NCBI GenBank assembly: GCA_964276515.1 | Contig: OZ193909.1 | Location: 5,270,001 to 5,334,000 of the forward strand | Direction: 5' to 3' | Source: Gordius albopunctatus | Taxonomy: Eukaryota | Length of the DNA: 64,000 bases | Shown: in pieces, positions 10,683 to 24,166 of the stretch | Numbering within the stretch: position 1 is the first letter of the stretch | How the letters are laid out: every line of letters starts with the position of its first letter | Notes under the pieces: generated by a model | What the model saw: only the letters and a program-made list of their open reading frames with translations | The model's database searches: none | Told to the model about the DNA's origin: nothing | Program-made: the position numbers and the translations under genes

Positions 10683-13173
10683 CAGTGGCGTAGCTAGCCT
10701 TTTTGCCTTGGGGGGAGGGGGGTCTGAGCTGGTCAAATAGAGGAGGGGGGACAAAAAAATTTCCTACGCCCACCTCAATATTAAATATTTATGTTTTGCC
10801 CCCCCCCCAATCCAAAACCTAAATACGACCATGGGTCAAATGCAATTAAAAATATTTTCCCTCATGAACGTTTGACAAACTTAAAATTCCGCTACTACTT
10901 TGTGTATTTTTTTCATTAACATCACACTAATATGTCCCCTCATGTTTATAGGGCATAAAATAAATAAAATTTATTCATAAATAAAACAAAGTGATGTAGT
11001 TGAAACAAGATAGAAAATTTCACATGGTATAATAAGTTTTGTATAAATGAATTGTAAGGGTAAAAGTGGAACGGGGATATTGATGAGAAATCGTTGGCAT
11101 TTTAAAAAATATTGCAAATAGTTAAAAAATTATATAATAAAGTTTTATAAAAATTATTGTCACAACCCCAAAAATCTTGGCCATATACATAACAAATTTT
11201 AATTTTACATATGCAATATTGGCAGCATTTTCAGGCAGCATTTATATCAGGAAACCAGTGCAAACATTTAAAAGCCTTTTTAAGGTGATCCTCAAAAGGC
11301 GTAATTATAACATAAAATATAAAAAAAATTAATTATAAAATTAAAATTTGTTCGAGAATGAGTATTTAGAAGTTATTGCCCCTGATGATATTATAGATAT
11401 ATTTGCAGAACCCCTCCCTTTTACACCACCTAAAAATTAAAATGAACTTATAAATTTAACGGCTAAATGAATCTTATTCTGTCAAAATTAAATAAATCAA
11501 AATTTTATTTAAGAATTTTAGATGAAATTAGAGATGTGAGATGCACAGAACAACTTAGCGTTTAATTTAAAGACAAACATAATGAATTTTTTAGGATTTT
11601 TATCCCTTGAAAGTTTTGATGCGTTAACAATTTTCTACAAAATGCAGGAATTGGTTATTAATATTAATTTATCAAACTTATGATGCGATATTACTAATGA
11701 AGGGGGAAAAATGGTGTACAAACATTTTTTTTGAAAATTATTGGCTTTATATGTGCATGTGGTACATAAAAATATGCAGGATATGTTAAACAATAAGCAT
11801 ATGAGATGGACAATTAAATTGAAACCAGGATGGAATTTTCGTAAATTTAATAATATTTTAATATATTTTGAAAGTGTTAAAAAGTTTAAAACAAGTTTAA
11901 AAGCCCAGATAATTTTTCATTAAATATTAAAATTAGTTTTACTCGATGTTGCAAACGAATTTATAATATCAACCAGGGGAATAACATTTACAAAGTCATG
12001 TTCTAAGTTCAATAAAGCTAAGGAAGATAACCTATCTTGTCCAACTGTGGAACGAAGATAAGTTTTAATCCGTTTTAGCAATGAGAACGAGCTTTCGCAT
12101 GAACATGAAGTTATTGGGATAGTTAAAATTATTTTAATCAAAATAGTAAAATTTGGAAACACTATTGGGGCAAGATTTTAATAAGTGAAAAAATATCATT
12201 GCATTTTATTTTAAGATAAAGAGTTATAATGTGTTACAAAATGTTTTGCCATTTTCATTTCGCCGTCTTCCAGTTTTAATTTATAATGGTTAATTATTTC
12301 TGATAAAAGAGATTTATCGCAAAAAAGGGATGAAGGGTTTAAACCTTCTAAGGACTTATATAAATTACAATTGATTTCTGAAAATCTTATGTTTTATTCT
12401 GCTATTATTCTATTGATGAAAGGATAATATAAATCAATTTTGAAATCAATCTTTTATTTTTATGATTGGAATTTTCTAGAATGCCATTTTCAATTAAATT
12501 AGTAAGACGTTCAGTGTAACCTAATTTATGGCTTTGAAATTATTTAATATAATGAATTACTAGAGGTTGAGGATGAAGAGCTATTACTATTACTGCCAAT
12601 GTCAATGTAATTCTCCTTTTCATTTTCTATAAATTTGTATTTGAATAAATGAATGAAAGCACTAACACTAAGTAAATACCTTTCAGGACTGGACTGCATT
12701 TTTTCTTCACCTAATATTATATTTATATAAACCTAATAATAAAAATTTTTAAATACCTATTTGATTTAACCTATTGCTTGGAGCTAAGGGCTTTAAAAAC
12801 ATGTTAAGCTTTAATTGCTTCTTGCTATTCATATTCATTAATAAAAGTAAAGTGGAAATTAATTATAAAAAATTCGGGTTTTAAATTAATATTAATTTTG
12901 AAATTATGTAATTATGTCAAATCAACAATTTGATACAATTTTCACCCTTTATTGTCTTATACAGCATCTTTATTTTTATTTGTAATATTATAATTAAAAC
13001 TTTTATCCGGAAACAATAATAATAATCTTTATATTGTTTCTTAATTAAGATAAAAAAAATAATGGCGGAAGGGGCCCGGGGGCCCAAGATTTTTCCCTTG
13101 GGGGGGGGCTCATGGGGCCCGGTTTTTGCTCTTGGGGGGGCGGGCACCCCCCTCCCCCCTAGCTACGCCACTG
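10683..13173 (-). mobile_element. Non-autonomous hAT DNA transposon (ZMYM1/Tip100-like transposase remnant)
   Basis: 15-bp TIR CAGTGGCGTAGCTAG at both ends; perfect 8-bp TSD GGAAGAGG (10675-10682, 13174-13181); hAT dimerization remnant at 11920-12162 (IPITSCSCESSFSLLKRIKTYLRSTVGQDRLSSLALL). Confidence 0.95.
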
Positions 13174-15020
13174 GGAAGAGGTTGACCAGGTGCTTAAAAA
13201 GATGACCATGGGTAGAGCGGTGGGACCTGATAATATACCTATGGAAGCTTTTAAAATGCTAGGATCCAAGCTGTTTAACAAAATACTTGGAAATGGTATG
13301 ATGCCTGATGAGCGGAGGGAAAGCTATGTTATACCTATCTATAAAATGAAGGGAGATGTACAAGAATGCAACAACTATCGAGGGGTAAAGTTAACGAGTC
13401 ACGTAATGAAGGTGTGGGAAAAGGTTATAGAAGCTAGACTCCGAAAAATAATATCAATAGATGAACCACAATTTGGGTTCATGTCTGGAAAGTCAATTTC
13501 AGATGCAATTGGAAGTGTATAAGGAAAAACAAAAGGATCTTCATATGTGTTTCATCGATCTTGAGAAAGCTTTCGATAAAGTGCCAAGGCAGTTGATACT
13601 GGATAGCCTGAGTTCCAATGGTGTACCCGACGCTTATATAATTTTAATAAAGGATATGTATAGAAACGCAAAAACCAAAGTTCGGACATCCAGTGGTACA
13701 TCAAAGGGTGTGCATAAAGGATTGCACCTAATATACTCTGTTATTGTTCTAGCAATTATCAATTAATATGACGGAGAAGAAGTCGGACATTGGGTCAAAA
13801 TTCGAATTAGATTCTGGATATTCTCTTGATAGGGTTAGAGATATACCACCGTATGATGCAACTAAAAATATTGATGATTATCTTTATCATGTAGAATTAA
13901 TTTTTCGTGTTAGAAATATTACGGGAGATTTTAGAAAAATAGTTTTATTGTCGTACATCGGAAGTTTACATTTGAGTAAAATTAGAAGTCAAATATATCC
14001 TAAGGATTTGGATAGCGTTACTTATGAGGAAATTAAGGAATCTTTGATAAGAATATATTCAGATAAAAATTCAATTTACCATTACAGAAAAATATTATTT
14101 AAATCGGAGAGAATTAATGAGAGTATAATAGATTTTTCAATAAAACTCAAAGATATTATAAATCGGTGCAAATATAATTTACCCACTGATGAAATTTTAC
14201 GTGATATATTTATCCTAGGGGTCAAATTACCTAGATTAAATATTGAATTAAGGGCCAGATACCCCTTAGGTAACATAATGTTTGATGAAACGGTAAATTT
14301 TGCGCTGGCTCTTTCATCAATTGAAGGTGAAACGTCCAACGAATTGGATATAAATAAAGTACGACAGGATAAAACATTCGGAATTAGGAATAATAATTCT
14401 AATACTTTTTCTAAAACTGTTCAATTTTAGCACTTTTAGGAACAGGAAAGTAGTATGTTATAGGTGTGGGAGAGCAAATCATCTTGCCCGAGACTGCTGG
14501 TCGAATCATCCTTTTCCGCCAAGAAACATATCCGCTCTCAAAAACAAAGACGAGATAACGAAGATAACGAAAGCGGAGATTGATGTTTTGATCAATGAGA
14601 GACATATACGTTTCAATTCGATAGGGGTGCCGCTTGCACAGTTATAGATGAACCAACGTGGCGTAGCATAGGTAAGCCACCCCTAACACCGGGTTCGGAG
14701 ATATATGGTTATGGCAAAACTAAAATTCAAACTTTGGGGAAATGCAATGCCAAGGTAGAAGTTAACAAAATATCACATGTCATAGAAGGAAATTTGATTT
14801 TCGGTATCGCTCACACCATTAAATATAAATTATCACTTCCACCGATCATTAAATTAAATGTTATTTCCGATGGAAAAAAATATTTAACGGAAGACGATAT
14901 TTTCAAACAGTTTCCAACAGTTTTTAGTCAAAAATTGGGTAAAGTTAAAGACCTTAAAGTCATGATTGAGGTGGAAAAAAGCATGTCCTAAGCTACACGG
15001 CGAGACGGGTACCATTTCCC

Positions 15021-15695
15021 ATGCGTCAAGCTATCGAAAAAGAATTGAAACGTTTAGAAAGTGAAGGGGTTATTAGAAAAATCGATCCAACTACCACTCC
15101 AATCAAATGGGCAACACCTACGGTTAACATAAGGAAGAAATCCGGTGACGTCCGTATATGTGGTGATTTCAGAGTGACATTAAATAAATATCTATCAAAG
15201 GATAACGATCTTCTCTCAACGTTCAAGGACGTCCCAAGTGAAATATCGGGTGGTAAAATATTTTTGATCATAGACCTAAAAGATGCTTTTTTGCAATTAC
15301 AAGTTTCGGAGGAAAGTTTAAAATTGTTGAACATAGCCACACATATAGGGTATTTTCAATATTTAAGGCTTTCTTTCGGTTTAACAACAGCCCCAATAAT
15401 CTTTCACCGTTATATGAGAAACTTGCTCAAAGGCTTAAAAGGCGTAAGTGTTTTTATGGATGATATTATAATAAGTGGGAAAAACAAGGAAGACCATAAT
15501 GAAAATTTACTAGAAACACTAAATTTAATTAGAAAGGCAGGATTAACAACGTCCCTAAACAAATTTCAATTGTTCAAAACCTCTGTTAAATTCTTGGGTC
15601 ATACGATAGATGCAAGTGGCATACACCCTAGTGAAGATAAGGTGGTGTCGATTAAAAAATTTAAAGAACCAACTAATCGCAAAGAATTAAAATAA
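15021..15695 (+). pseudogene. Gypsy reverse transcriptase fragment
   Basis: IDLKDAFLQ, LSFGLTTAP, FMDDII, KFLGH motifs; in-frame stop at end. Confidence 0.9.
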
Positions 15696-16237
15696 TTCCT
15701 GGGTCTAGTTAACTACCTTGAAAGTTTTATTCCAAATTTGCAATCTAAAATTTCAGTTTTGTATAAATTAACATCTACTAAAGTCAAATAGAATTGGACT
15801 ATAACAGAAAAACAAGCATTTAACAATATAAAAAACTTAATCTCAACAGATAAAACAATAATTCCATATCAAAATAATATACCTATTATAATCTCATGCG
15901 ACGCTTCCGAAACAGGTTTAGGAGCAGTTATCTCACATAAATTTTTTAACGGACATGAAAGACCGATTGCTTTCGCCTCTCGGAGACTTAGTCCAGCTGA
16001 ACGTAATTACTCAGTTATTGAACGAGAAGCTGCCGCAATCATGTTTGCTATACAAAAATTTCACGAATACATTTACGGTAGGAAATTTACATTAATTACA
16101 GACCACCGCCCCTTGGAAAGGATTTTTGGTCCTAATAGGGATTTGAGTGAAGTAACAAATAATCGCTTAGTCAGATGGGCGACGAAACTTATGCACTATA
16201 ATTTTGATATTAAATATATGCCGGAATCATCGAATAA

Positions 16238-17386
16238 ATGTGCCGACGCTTTATCAAATTAATGCCAGTTTCAAATTATTCTGATCCGGAAGAGGAGTTT
16301 GAAGATAAATTAATTAAATTAAATCTAATTGATGACTTAACAATTAATAGAAAAACTTTGATTAATGAAACTCTAAAAGACGATATTCTGAAAGAAGTTG
16401 TTAAATTATTTCAAAATAATTGGCAAGGAGATATTTCTAATGATAAAGTTAAAAAATATTTGGATTTAAAGAATTATATATCATTGGAAGATAACCTACT
16501 ATATTTCAATGATAGAATTATTATTCCTTCTGGTTTAAAGTCACAAGTTTTAAAAATACTACATAATGGGCACCCTGGGATTGGAGCGATGAAATCTTCA
16601 GGGAGATACTATGTTTATTGGACCAACATGGACAATGATATGGAGCAATATGTAAATGGTTGTAATAATTGGCAAGAAGGTAGGCCTTCAACGAAAGAAG
16701 TACCAATGTCCAGCTGGAATATTCCCAACAAACCATGGGAAAGGATTCACATTGATTGGGCGGGGCCAATATCAAATAATTATTGGTTGGTTTGTATTGA
16801 TGCCCTCACTAAATGGCCGGAAGTTATGGTTATAAAACAAATCAACACATCTAACATTATTTATAATTTACGAGTTTTATTCTGCAGATTTGGGCTTCCC
16901 CGTTATATAGTAAGTGACAATGGTCCTCAATTCACATCAGATGAATTTACAACTTTCTGCAAAAGAAATGGAATTCGACACTTTCGGGGCGCACCGTACA
17001 ACCTTAGAACAAACGGTCTAGCAGAAAGATATATAAGGACCATAAAGAGCAAATTTTTTGCGGGGAAGAGACAAGGCCTGAACGATCGAGAAAATTTATT
17101 ACAAGTTTTATTTAATATGCGAACGACGGTAAATACCACCACGGGTATTAGTCCGGGGGAAGGTATGTTCAATAGAAGACTTCGAACAACTCTTGACCAA
17201 TTAAAATTGACACGGAAGGAGAAAATCAGTGATTCCGTTTGGAAACAAAAGTATTACAGGAACCGGGGCCTGGAATACCGTGATTTTGGTTCAAATCAAA
17301 AAGTTTGGGTAAAAAATGACAGATCTCCAGGGTGGAGAGAAGGTCAAGTCCTTACGAAAAACAGTTACTTGACCTATGACGGGTGA
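16238..17386 (+). pseudogene. Gypsy integrase fragment
   Basis: HNGHPG zinc-binding region, IHIDWAGP, SDNGPQF, NGLAER. Confidence 0.9.
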
Positions 17387-17511
17387 CAAAACTCAAATAA
17401 AACACCCCGACCATATGAGAGCAGTCAAACGACCAGATCCAGCAGCGATTTCAGAAGACAATATACTTCCTTATAAAAGAGTATCGGTGCCAAGCTTAAA
17501 GGGGGGAGAAG

Positions 17512-17765
17512 TGTAGTGTAGCGTCGTCATTCAAGGTTGCAATTTGAATACACGCGTTTTTCCTATACTTGAGCGCGGTCACAGATGATTGCATATACGA
17601 TTAGCCATTTGAATATACCTTAGTTTACACCGTACTTTATCTCTTATTTGATTACTACTTTTATATATGACCTTCGCTATGTGTATATAAAGCCTTATCC
17701 ACCTAATAAAACAGTCTCTGTCTTTTGATTTAGTCTCTTGGTTTAGAATCGGAGTTAGTGTTATA
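17512..17765 (+). repeat. 3' LTR of the gypsy element (right boundary approximate)
   Basis: Begins with TG directly after the polypurine tract; contains TATATAAA (~17684) and AATAAA (~17705). Confidence 0.7.
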
Positions 17766-18406
17766 CGGGAGCCTAGTATACGGGAGCTTAGGGTTCTACC
17801 AACCGGCCACTTCGTTACAGTTCCGATTCAGAGAAAGTTGGTGGTAAGAAGATTGAGATGATATGGCCCATTTGGAGAGACGGGAGGAAAGTCACTTGGC
17901 AAATCGTATCAAGAAAGTGCAAGTCGAAGGTAAGGGAAAGAGAGGGAGGCCTGATGGAAGCATAAAATTGATATGGACTTGAGAAGGTACCAGCTAAAGC
18001 GAAGCTGGTGTAAGTGCAGGAATACATGGAGAACCTACTTGAAGGAGCTGACCACTAAATGTGACAAACAGCTATAGGGAAAAAATAGGCCGGGCTTAAG
18101 GGTCTATAATGCTAGGGAACCGGGCCCAAAGTGTATCGAAAGAATAATGACGGGTTTGTGTGGGCTTGAATGTTTTTCAAACGGATACAGACCGGCCTTA
18201 AGTGAACAAAAAAACGGACAGGTTGGGGCGGGTCTGAAAATTTCAAAATGGGTACATTCGGGCAGACCTCTAAAAACAACCCAATGCAGATCTCTAATGC
18301 CACTAACAATTATTTTTTAATAAGTTGAGCCTGAAGTGTAAGAAAATAAAATACCGAGAAGAGTTTTCCAAACGATTACGAGAAGGACGAAGGGCGAATC
18401 ATTAGG

Positions 18407-18594
18407 TAGAGGTCAGATTCCGATTTGTTACAATTTTTCTGCTCGAACCCGATCCGGCCCGATTTTATAATTAATCTGCCCGCCCAAACCCTTCTATGTG
18501 ACCGCCCGGCAATGCCCGAATTATCCCAGCTGCCCCGCCCGAAATGGTGTGTTTTAAAATTTTTCGGGCACGGGCCGGGCAAATCTGGTCTCTG
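18407..18594. mobile_element. hAT-type MITE
   Basis: Imperfect TIR TAGAGGTCAGATT / AATCTGGTCTCTG; perfect 8-bp TSD TCATTAGG; related copy ~34500-34684. Confidence 0.85.
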
Positions 18595-18667
18595 TCATTA
18601 GGTTCTTAAAACGAATTTGGCTCAACATTTAGTGTTGTAATCATAAACTTTTATTTAAATATGGGCC

Positions 18668-18830
18668 CATGGGCGTAGCCAGCATTGGAACTAGATGGGG
18701 GCAATAATGATTTAAAGAAGGGCAAAATGATCATTTTTTTTTATATTTTTAGCCATCATTTTATTAAATTTTAACAAATTTTTCGATTTAGAGGGGGGCA
18801 GCCACCCCTCCCCCCTTGGCTACGCTCATG
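18668..18830. mobile_element. hAT-type MITE, CATGGGCGTAGCC family
   Basis: TIR CATGGGCGTAGCC / GGCTACGCTCATG; TSD TATGGGCC / TATGTGCC. Confidence 0.85.
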
Positions 18831-18838
18831 TATGTGCC

Positions 18839-20243
18839 TACGCCTCTGGGAAATATCCGATATTCGATTCGAATCCATATGTGTAAGTTTCGAATCTAAT
18901 ATTTACGCTGCTAATATTCGAAAATCCGAATCGAATCCCTTAAAAAATCGAATTTTATTTTTTTCAGTTTAATTTAAATAGACGAGACTCAAATATTTAG
19001 CTATATCTTACCGCATTTTAGTTATTTTTCCTGCTGCAATTTGAAAAAGTTTAATTAAAATTTTTTTAAACTTACATAAGTTATGTAGAACGAGGATCAC
19101 AATTTATTTAAATTATGGACTTTTATAAAACTTGCGAGACAGCCAAAAATATTTCAAGATTAAAGGCTCTATTTAAAGATTTTGATATACCAATTGATTC
19201 CATAAAGGAAAATCTTGAAATGGTAATCAGGTGGAACATCACGTATATAATGATAGAAAAGGCTATTTTAGTAAGCCAGTCATTGAATTTGGCCTTTAAA
19301 TTTCTCTTAGGAGGAATTAATATCCAACATTGAATGGGAACAAATAGAAAAGGTTAAATTGATTTTATAGTGCAATTAATTTAATATCCGGTGGGGGGGG
19401 ATCCAAAATTAACTTGGTGTTACCGTTATATTATTAAACAGGCATAAAAGATCATGCTGTCAAAATGTCCAAACAGAAAATTGAAGATATATGGCATTCA
19501 ACAAGAAGCTAGTCTTATTGGCGAGTGTCGTCGATTTAAGGCTCAAAATTTGAGTGTATCACTAGTACATGGCATATCCTATAGAGAAATTAAAGATGTC
19601 TCGGAAACTGCTATAGGAAGTAAGGCCGATTTTGTATCAACTAGCGAGGTATTAACACTGGATCGTCTACTAAGAGCGACAAGGCGAAGTCTCCATTGGA
19701 GACATTTTTGCACAAACCACGTGTGGCCTCCAATGCTGAGCCTTTACAATGGTGGAAATCGAATCAATGTCGTTTTACAGCCATTCAAAAATTGTAAAGA
19801 AATCTTCTCTATATACCTGGATTATTTACCCCGTGCGAAAGAGTATTTTAAACCGGAACTAATTTATTGACCAAACACAAGCAATCGTTTAAGGAAGAAA
19901 GTGTTAGGAAGATGATTTGCCTTAAAAGTTGGCTAAAAACGGTTCTTGATTGTCTTACAACTATCGCCATAGTTTTTTGTTGGTCTTTAATATTTTTATT
20001 TTCAAAGTGTGTATTTTTTAAATATCTTTAAAATAAATTTTCCAAATGTATATGCAAATTTAAAAACATAGTAGCCTTTCTACTGTGTTTAATAATAAAA
20101 AAAACTTAATATATATTCGAATCGAATTCGAATCTTCATTTTAATATTCGACGAATCTCGAATCGAATATTTTTTTTGGAAAAAAATTCGAATCCGAATC
20201 GAATACCAAAAATATTCGATTCGGTTCGAAATCCAGAGGCGTA
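18839..20243 (+). mobile_element. Non-autonomous hAT element with transposase remnants
   Basis: TIR TACGCCTCTGG / CCAGAGGCGTA; TSD TATGTGCC / TATGGGCC; IRWNITYIMIEKA (hAT RW motif) and ESVRKMICLKSW; TTCGAATC subterminal repeats. Confidence 0.9.
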
Positions 20244-21171
20244 TATGGGCCCATGGTTACACAGTTTTAAATGGCCACAAATAATAAAAAACGGTCTATG
20301 GGATAATATGATACATTTAATGTTTAGTATTTCACCTTTAAATATACTCATTTTAAAAATGAAACATATCAAGAACAGAAAGGGTTAGCTAGGTTAGGAT
20401 GATTAATCCGGGCAATCAAAATAAAAGAATTAAGTTATACATGGCTCAATCATTTAGCAAAAATCATTATTTATAAAATTATCCTATACAAAATCGATAT
20501 GAACCTGTATGTAGCTAGAAATAATATCCTCAAGCATAATAATTAAAGAAAAGGGGAGCCATGTACAGTGTTTGCAGCCATAGATTAGATAAATCGCCTT
20601 ACCACTTCTCGAATGCATAAGTCTGTAAAGATGGCTATTTAAAAGCCATTTTTTCCAAATATTAGATAATAAATCATCTTTTTTTTATATATTAAAAAAT
20701 AAGAAACAAAAGCTTTTTTAAACAAAACTATTAATCAAGGCTGCAATTGACTTAATTTTAATTAATGATGTATCTTGTCCATGTTACTTATAATAAAAAA
20801 GCGATTTAAAGCGTTTAAAGTTGATATCGATTGAGATTTTACTTAACATTTGCTATTAAAAAGTGTGTGATTTTCCTTACGATTACATAAAATTAAATTA
20901 ATGGCCCTTAAAAACTCGAAAGATTCCTCTCATTTAACCATTATCCTATAAAAAACATTTACTCAATTAACTTTATACATTTCCTTACAACAAAATTTTT
21001 TATAAAATATATAAACTGACTAGCACTTTAATGATTCATTATTATTTTACAATAGGTATTTTGATGAAATTTGATTTTGTAAATTAGTAAACAGATTATA
21101 AATTTCTCCAAAAACGTTGTAAATAAATATAAAACGCATTTAAAATTATGATCAAAAAGTATTTCTATGCT

Positions 21172-21855
21172 TTAGGATAAGGAAGAGGGATTATGAAAGG
21201 CACAGAAGGTGCAATATTTGGATTCCAAGGCACGACTTAATTTAGGCGCTCCAACTACGGGCCCCTCGTTCAAATTTGTGTCTAAATCGTAATTTTGTTC
21301 TCTCGTATGGGGTTCAGGTTGCACAATATAACCTGAATGAGGGTAGGATTCTACAAAGAATGCATTGTTAATTTGAGGGCCCGCATTAGGGCTACGGCCA
21401 TTACCAGGAATATCCTCCGAGTCTTCTAATAGTAAAGTGCTTAGGTGAGAAATATAACTTATCGCCAAGTGTAGAGTTTCTATTTTAGACAGCTTACGAT
21501 TTGGCGGTTTTGTAGGAATCAGGGTTCTAAGAGCGTTGAAAGCCGCATTTACGTGAAAGGTTCTGCTCCTTTCGCGAGCGTTAGCACTTTGCCTCTGATG
21601 AGCGTTTTGAAAGGGTCCATTTTGGTCTAAGTTATTAACAGCTCCGCCAGGGCATTTATCGTTGGAATAATAGGCACAATTATGTTGGTCATCGGGTATA
21701 AACTGCGTAATTTCATCGATATTTTGAAAATTTTGCCCTTTTTTAGCGCTCCTAGCAGACCGAGTGGAATATCTTTTTCTAAAGGGGGGCACTTCATTGA
21801 TATCGTTGTTGTCTTGTTTAAGGTGCGACATGGGTCGTTGCTGGGTTATTGTCAT
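21172..21855 (-). CDS. paraxis: Paraxis/scleraxis (TCF15/SCX-class) bHLH transcription factor, single coding exon
   Basis: [52 protein letters not shown] plus C-terminal CTFC motif typical of paraxis/scleraxis; first ATG at 21855. Confidence 0.9.
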   Translation of the reverse strand: MTITQQRPMSHLKQDNNDINEVPPFRKRYSTRSARSAKKGQNFQNIDEITQFIPDDQHNCAYYSNDKCPGGAVNNLDQNGPFQNAHQRQSANARERSRTFHVNAAFNALRTLIPTKPPNRKLSKIETLHLAISYISHLSTLLLEDSEDIPGNGRSPNAGPQINNAFFVESYPHSGYIVQPEPHTREQNYDLDTNLNEGPVVGAPKLSRALESKYCTFCAFHNPSSLS

Positions 21856-23862
21856 GATTGAAACTATAAAACGCACTGAAATCCCCCGGAGCGGATGTAA
21901 AATGTGAGAGCCGATGAAAGGCTTTTAATTTTTAATTGGCACATCTAGAAAATTATAACATATTGCGAATTTAATAAATAAATGATAAAATATAGCTAGT
22001 AAACATATGCTTTCATTGGATTATTTTGTTGTTTACCAGGGCATTTGACATGAAATTTAATGTTTTTTATCTTAATTTAAAGGTATTTTGAGAGGGTGCT
22101 TCTTAGGTCTTTCACCTACATTAGCTGCAGATAAAAATGATGTTTTTACGAGATAAGACAATACTTTTCTATCTGGTGGTGTGCAGAGTTTTTGGATTTC
22201 TAAAAGATAAAAACTCCCTTGTTTTCCATTTCAGCTTATTAAACCACTTTAAAGCCATTTAAGACTTGTATTATTAGAAACATTATAATATAATTTAATT
22301 AATGCGCTACTTTCTAAAAGCCGCTAGCTAATCAGGTGTAATTAAACATTTTCTCGGCAAATATTACTTAAATTAATGAAAAAATAATCAAATTTCAAAA
22401 ACTTATTTACACGATCGCATAAAAGTTATTCTCTTTATTCCTTCAAACTATGTATTGTATTGTAGCACTCAGCAAATTTTGAGTTGGCAAAAAATGGTGG
22501 ATTTAATTAGTTTACCATCTGTTTCCTTATGCAGTGTTTCCCTGTGTAACCAACAGCAAACAGAGCAGAAAAGAGCACTTAAAAAATTATTCCAAAAAGT
22601 ATGTTTATGAAATTATGATGATTATGTTGCTAGACTCTATATTTATTAAAAGACCTTAGAGAAGCTCTTTTTTTATCTCCTCAAAATGTTATAGGTCTAT
22701 TTCGAATAATTTAAATTTACGATTTTGTCATTTAAACAAATGTGACATTTACACCGAAATTTCTAAGCTTTTAGCAACGGGATTTATAATAATGCAAGGA
22801 GTTAAAAAGGATAGAAATCTCACCGTAATAAAATTATCTTGAAAACATGGCCAAAAACGATCATAACACTATCACTAAATAATTTTAAAACTCATCCAAG
22901 CCTTTAATAAATTTTTAGATTATAGACACATCACATACATAAACGAGACTTACCCTGAAAAAGAGGTTTTAGTTGCTTTTGACATAGTCAAGTAAAGTAG
23001 CCTCTGGTCACTAAGCCGTGGAAAATTCCCTGAAAATTGAATGGAGGATCTAACTTTAATGTCAATCAAGAATCAACCATTGAATTATTTGGCGATTTGA
23101 AGAAAAAAGAAGGCATTAAAACGCAGGTGCAATATCTATTGATAGCGAGTAAAAAATGTGAAATTTTATAAATTCGTATGTTTCAAAATAGAGACCAGCA
23201 AAAATTAAAAGAGATTATATAACCAAAAAACAAAAAATTTCAAATCGAAGCATATAAACTCCGTTATAATGCATCTCTTGAAAGCCTAATATACAATATC
23301 AAGATTAAAATTTTCATTAAATATAAATTGTGTGCTTTAAAGTCATAAGAGCAGTTAGGCAGAATGCATGCAAAGACAAGACGTATTTTATTTTCTCAAA
23401 AAACAAAAAATTTTATATATTATAATTTCAAAAAATCATCGTTTTGCCCTTATATTCAATCCTGGCCTGGCTGCCTCCATGTTGATCTTATGATAATGTA
23501 GCGATATATTATAAAAAGCTAGTTAGTTTTGCTAGAAAGTAAAAATTCGAGCATTTATATTTGATTTATAATTTTTATCGATAAAACTAAAAAGGCTACT
23601 CCCAGAGATGATAAAAAATTTATTATTTAAATATATATATTACTTACTATAAATTCATTCAATCAGCTATGAAGAATCATGAGGAAAAAGTTGAACAATT
23701 TTTATATTTTTAAAAGTGACTCGGCAAAAAATATACTGAGAACACAGGTCAAATTTCCTGGAATTTTACAATTCTACTCAAAGTCGTCGCATTTTTTGCT
23801 ATTAATAGGGTAGGAGGATTAGAATGTACATTTAAAAGGCTTGTCGTATATTGTAAAATAAA

Positions 23863-24166
23863 AAAGTCAAAACCGTTTGATTGCAAAGCCTTCACCCTGG
23901 AAAAAAATTCGCGATTAACCGATATTTCTCGATTAAACGATGGAAATAAAAGTATATGTACATTATATTAAATATTCATTTCTTACGCTTCACAATAAAA
24001 CGATATTTTATATAATTATCTGCTTGATTTAAGGACTTGAAAATGTTTGTGAATATCCGATAAACGATGTTTTTGTTAATATTATCGTCTAAAAAAACAA
24101 AATGGCGGTTTTCGCGATTAAAAGATTTTCGTGATAATCCGATTTGCGATTAAGGAGTTTCGACTG
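23863..24166. mobile_element. Tc1/mariner-pogo-like MITE
   Basis: Right end GAGTTTCGACTG followed by TA; repeated CGATTAA motifs near both ends; left end degenerate. Confidence 0.55.

Larger units (their letters stand above)
13730..17765 (+). mobile_element. Ty3/gypsy LTR retrotransposon (Mag/K02A2.6-like), pseudogenised, 5' LTR missing
   Basis: gag 13768-14430; zinc knuckle CYRCGRANHLARDC (~14456-14497); protease-like FQFDRGA; RT WATPTV...RICGDF...FMDDII; RNase H CDASETGLGAV; integrase HPG...PWERIHIDWAGP...IVSDNGPQF; PPT AAAGGGGGGAGAAG then TGTAG at 17512. Confidence 0.95.
9360..18080 (+). mobile_element. RTE-clade LINE, degenerate, interrupted by a hAT element and a gypsy element (segments ~9360-10682, 13174-13725, ~17770-18080)
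   Basis: APE endonuclease GSLNVGTM...DIACIQETRWK; KETWWW; RT N-terminal GPDNIP...NNYRGVKL...QFGFM and CFIDLEKAFDKV; C-terminal RRLR*YG/HLERREESHLANRIKKVQVEGKGKRGRP at ~17847-17953. Confidence 0.9.

Noticed and set aside
13304..13324. CTGATGAG...GAAA hammerhead-like string (a similar one is at ~21596)
   Set aside because: Both lie within protein-coding sequence and lack stem II pairing; chance matches
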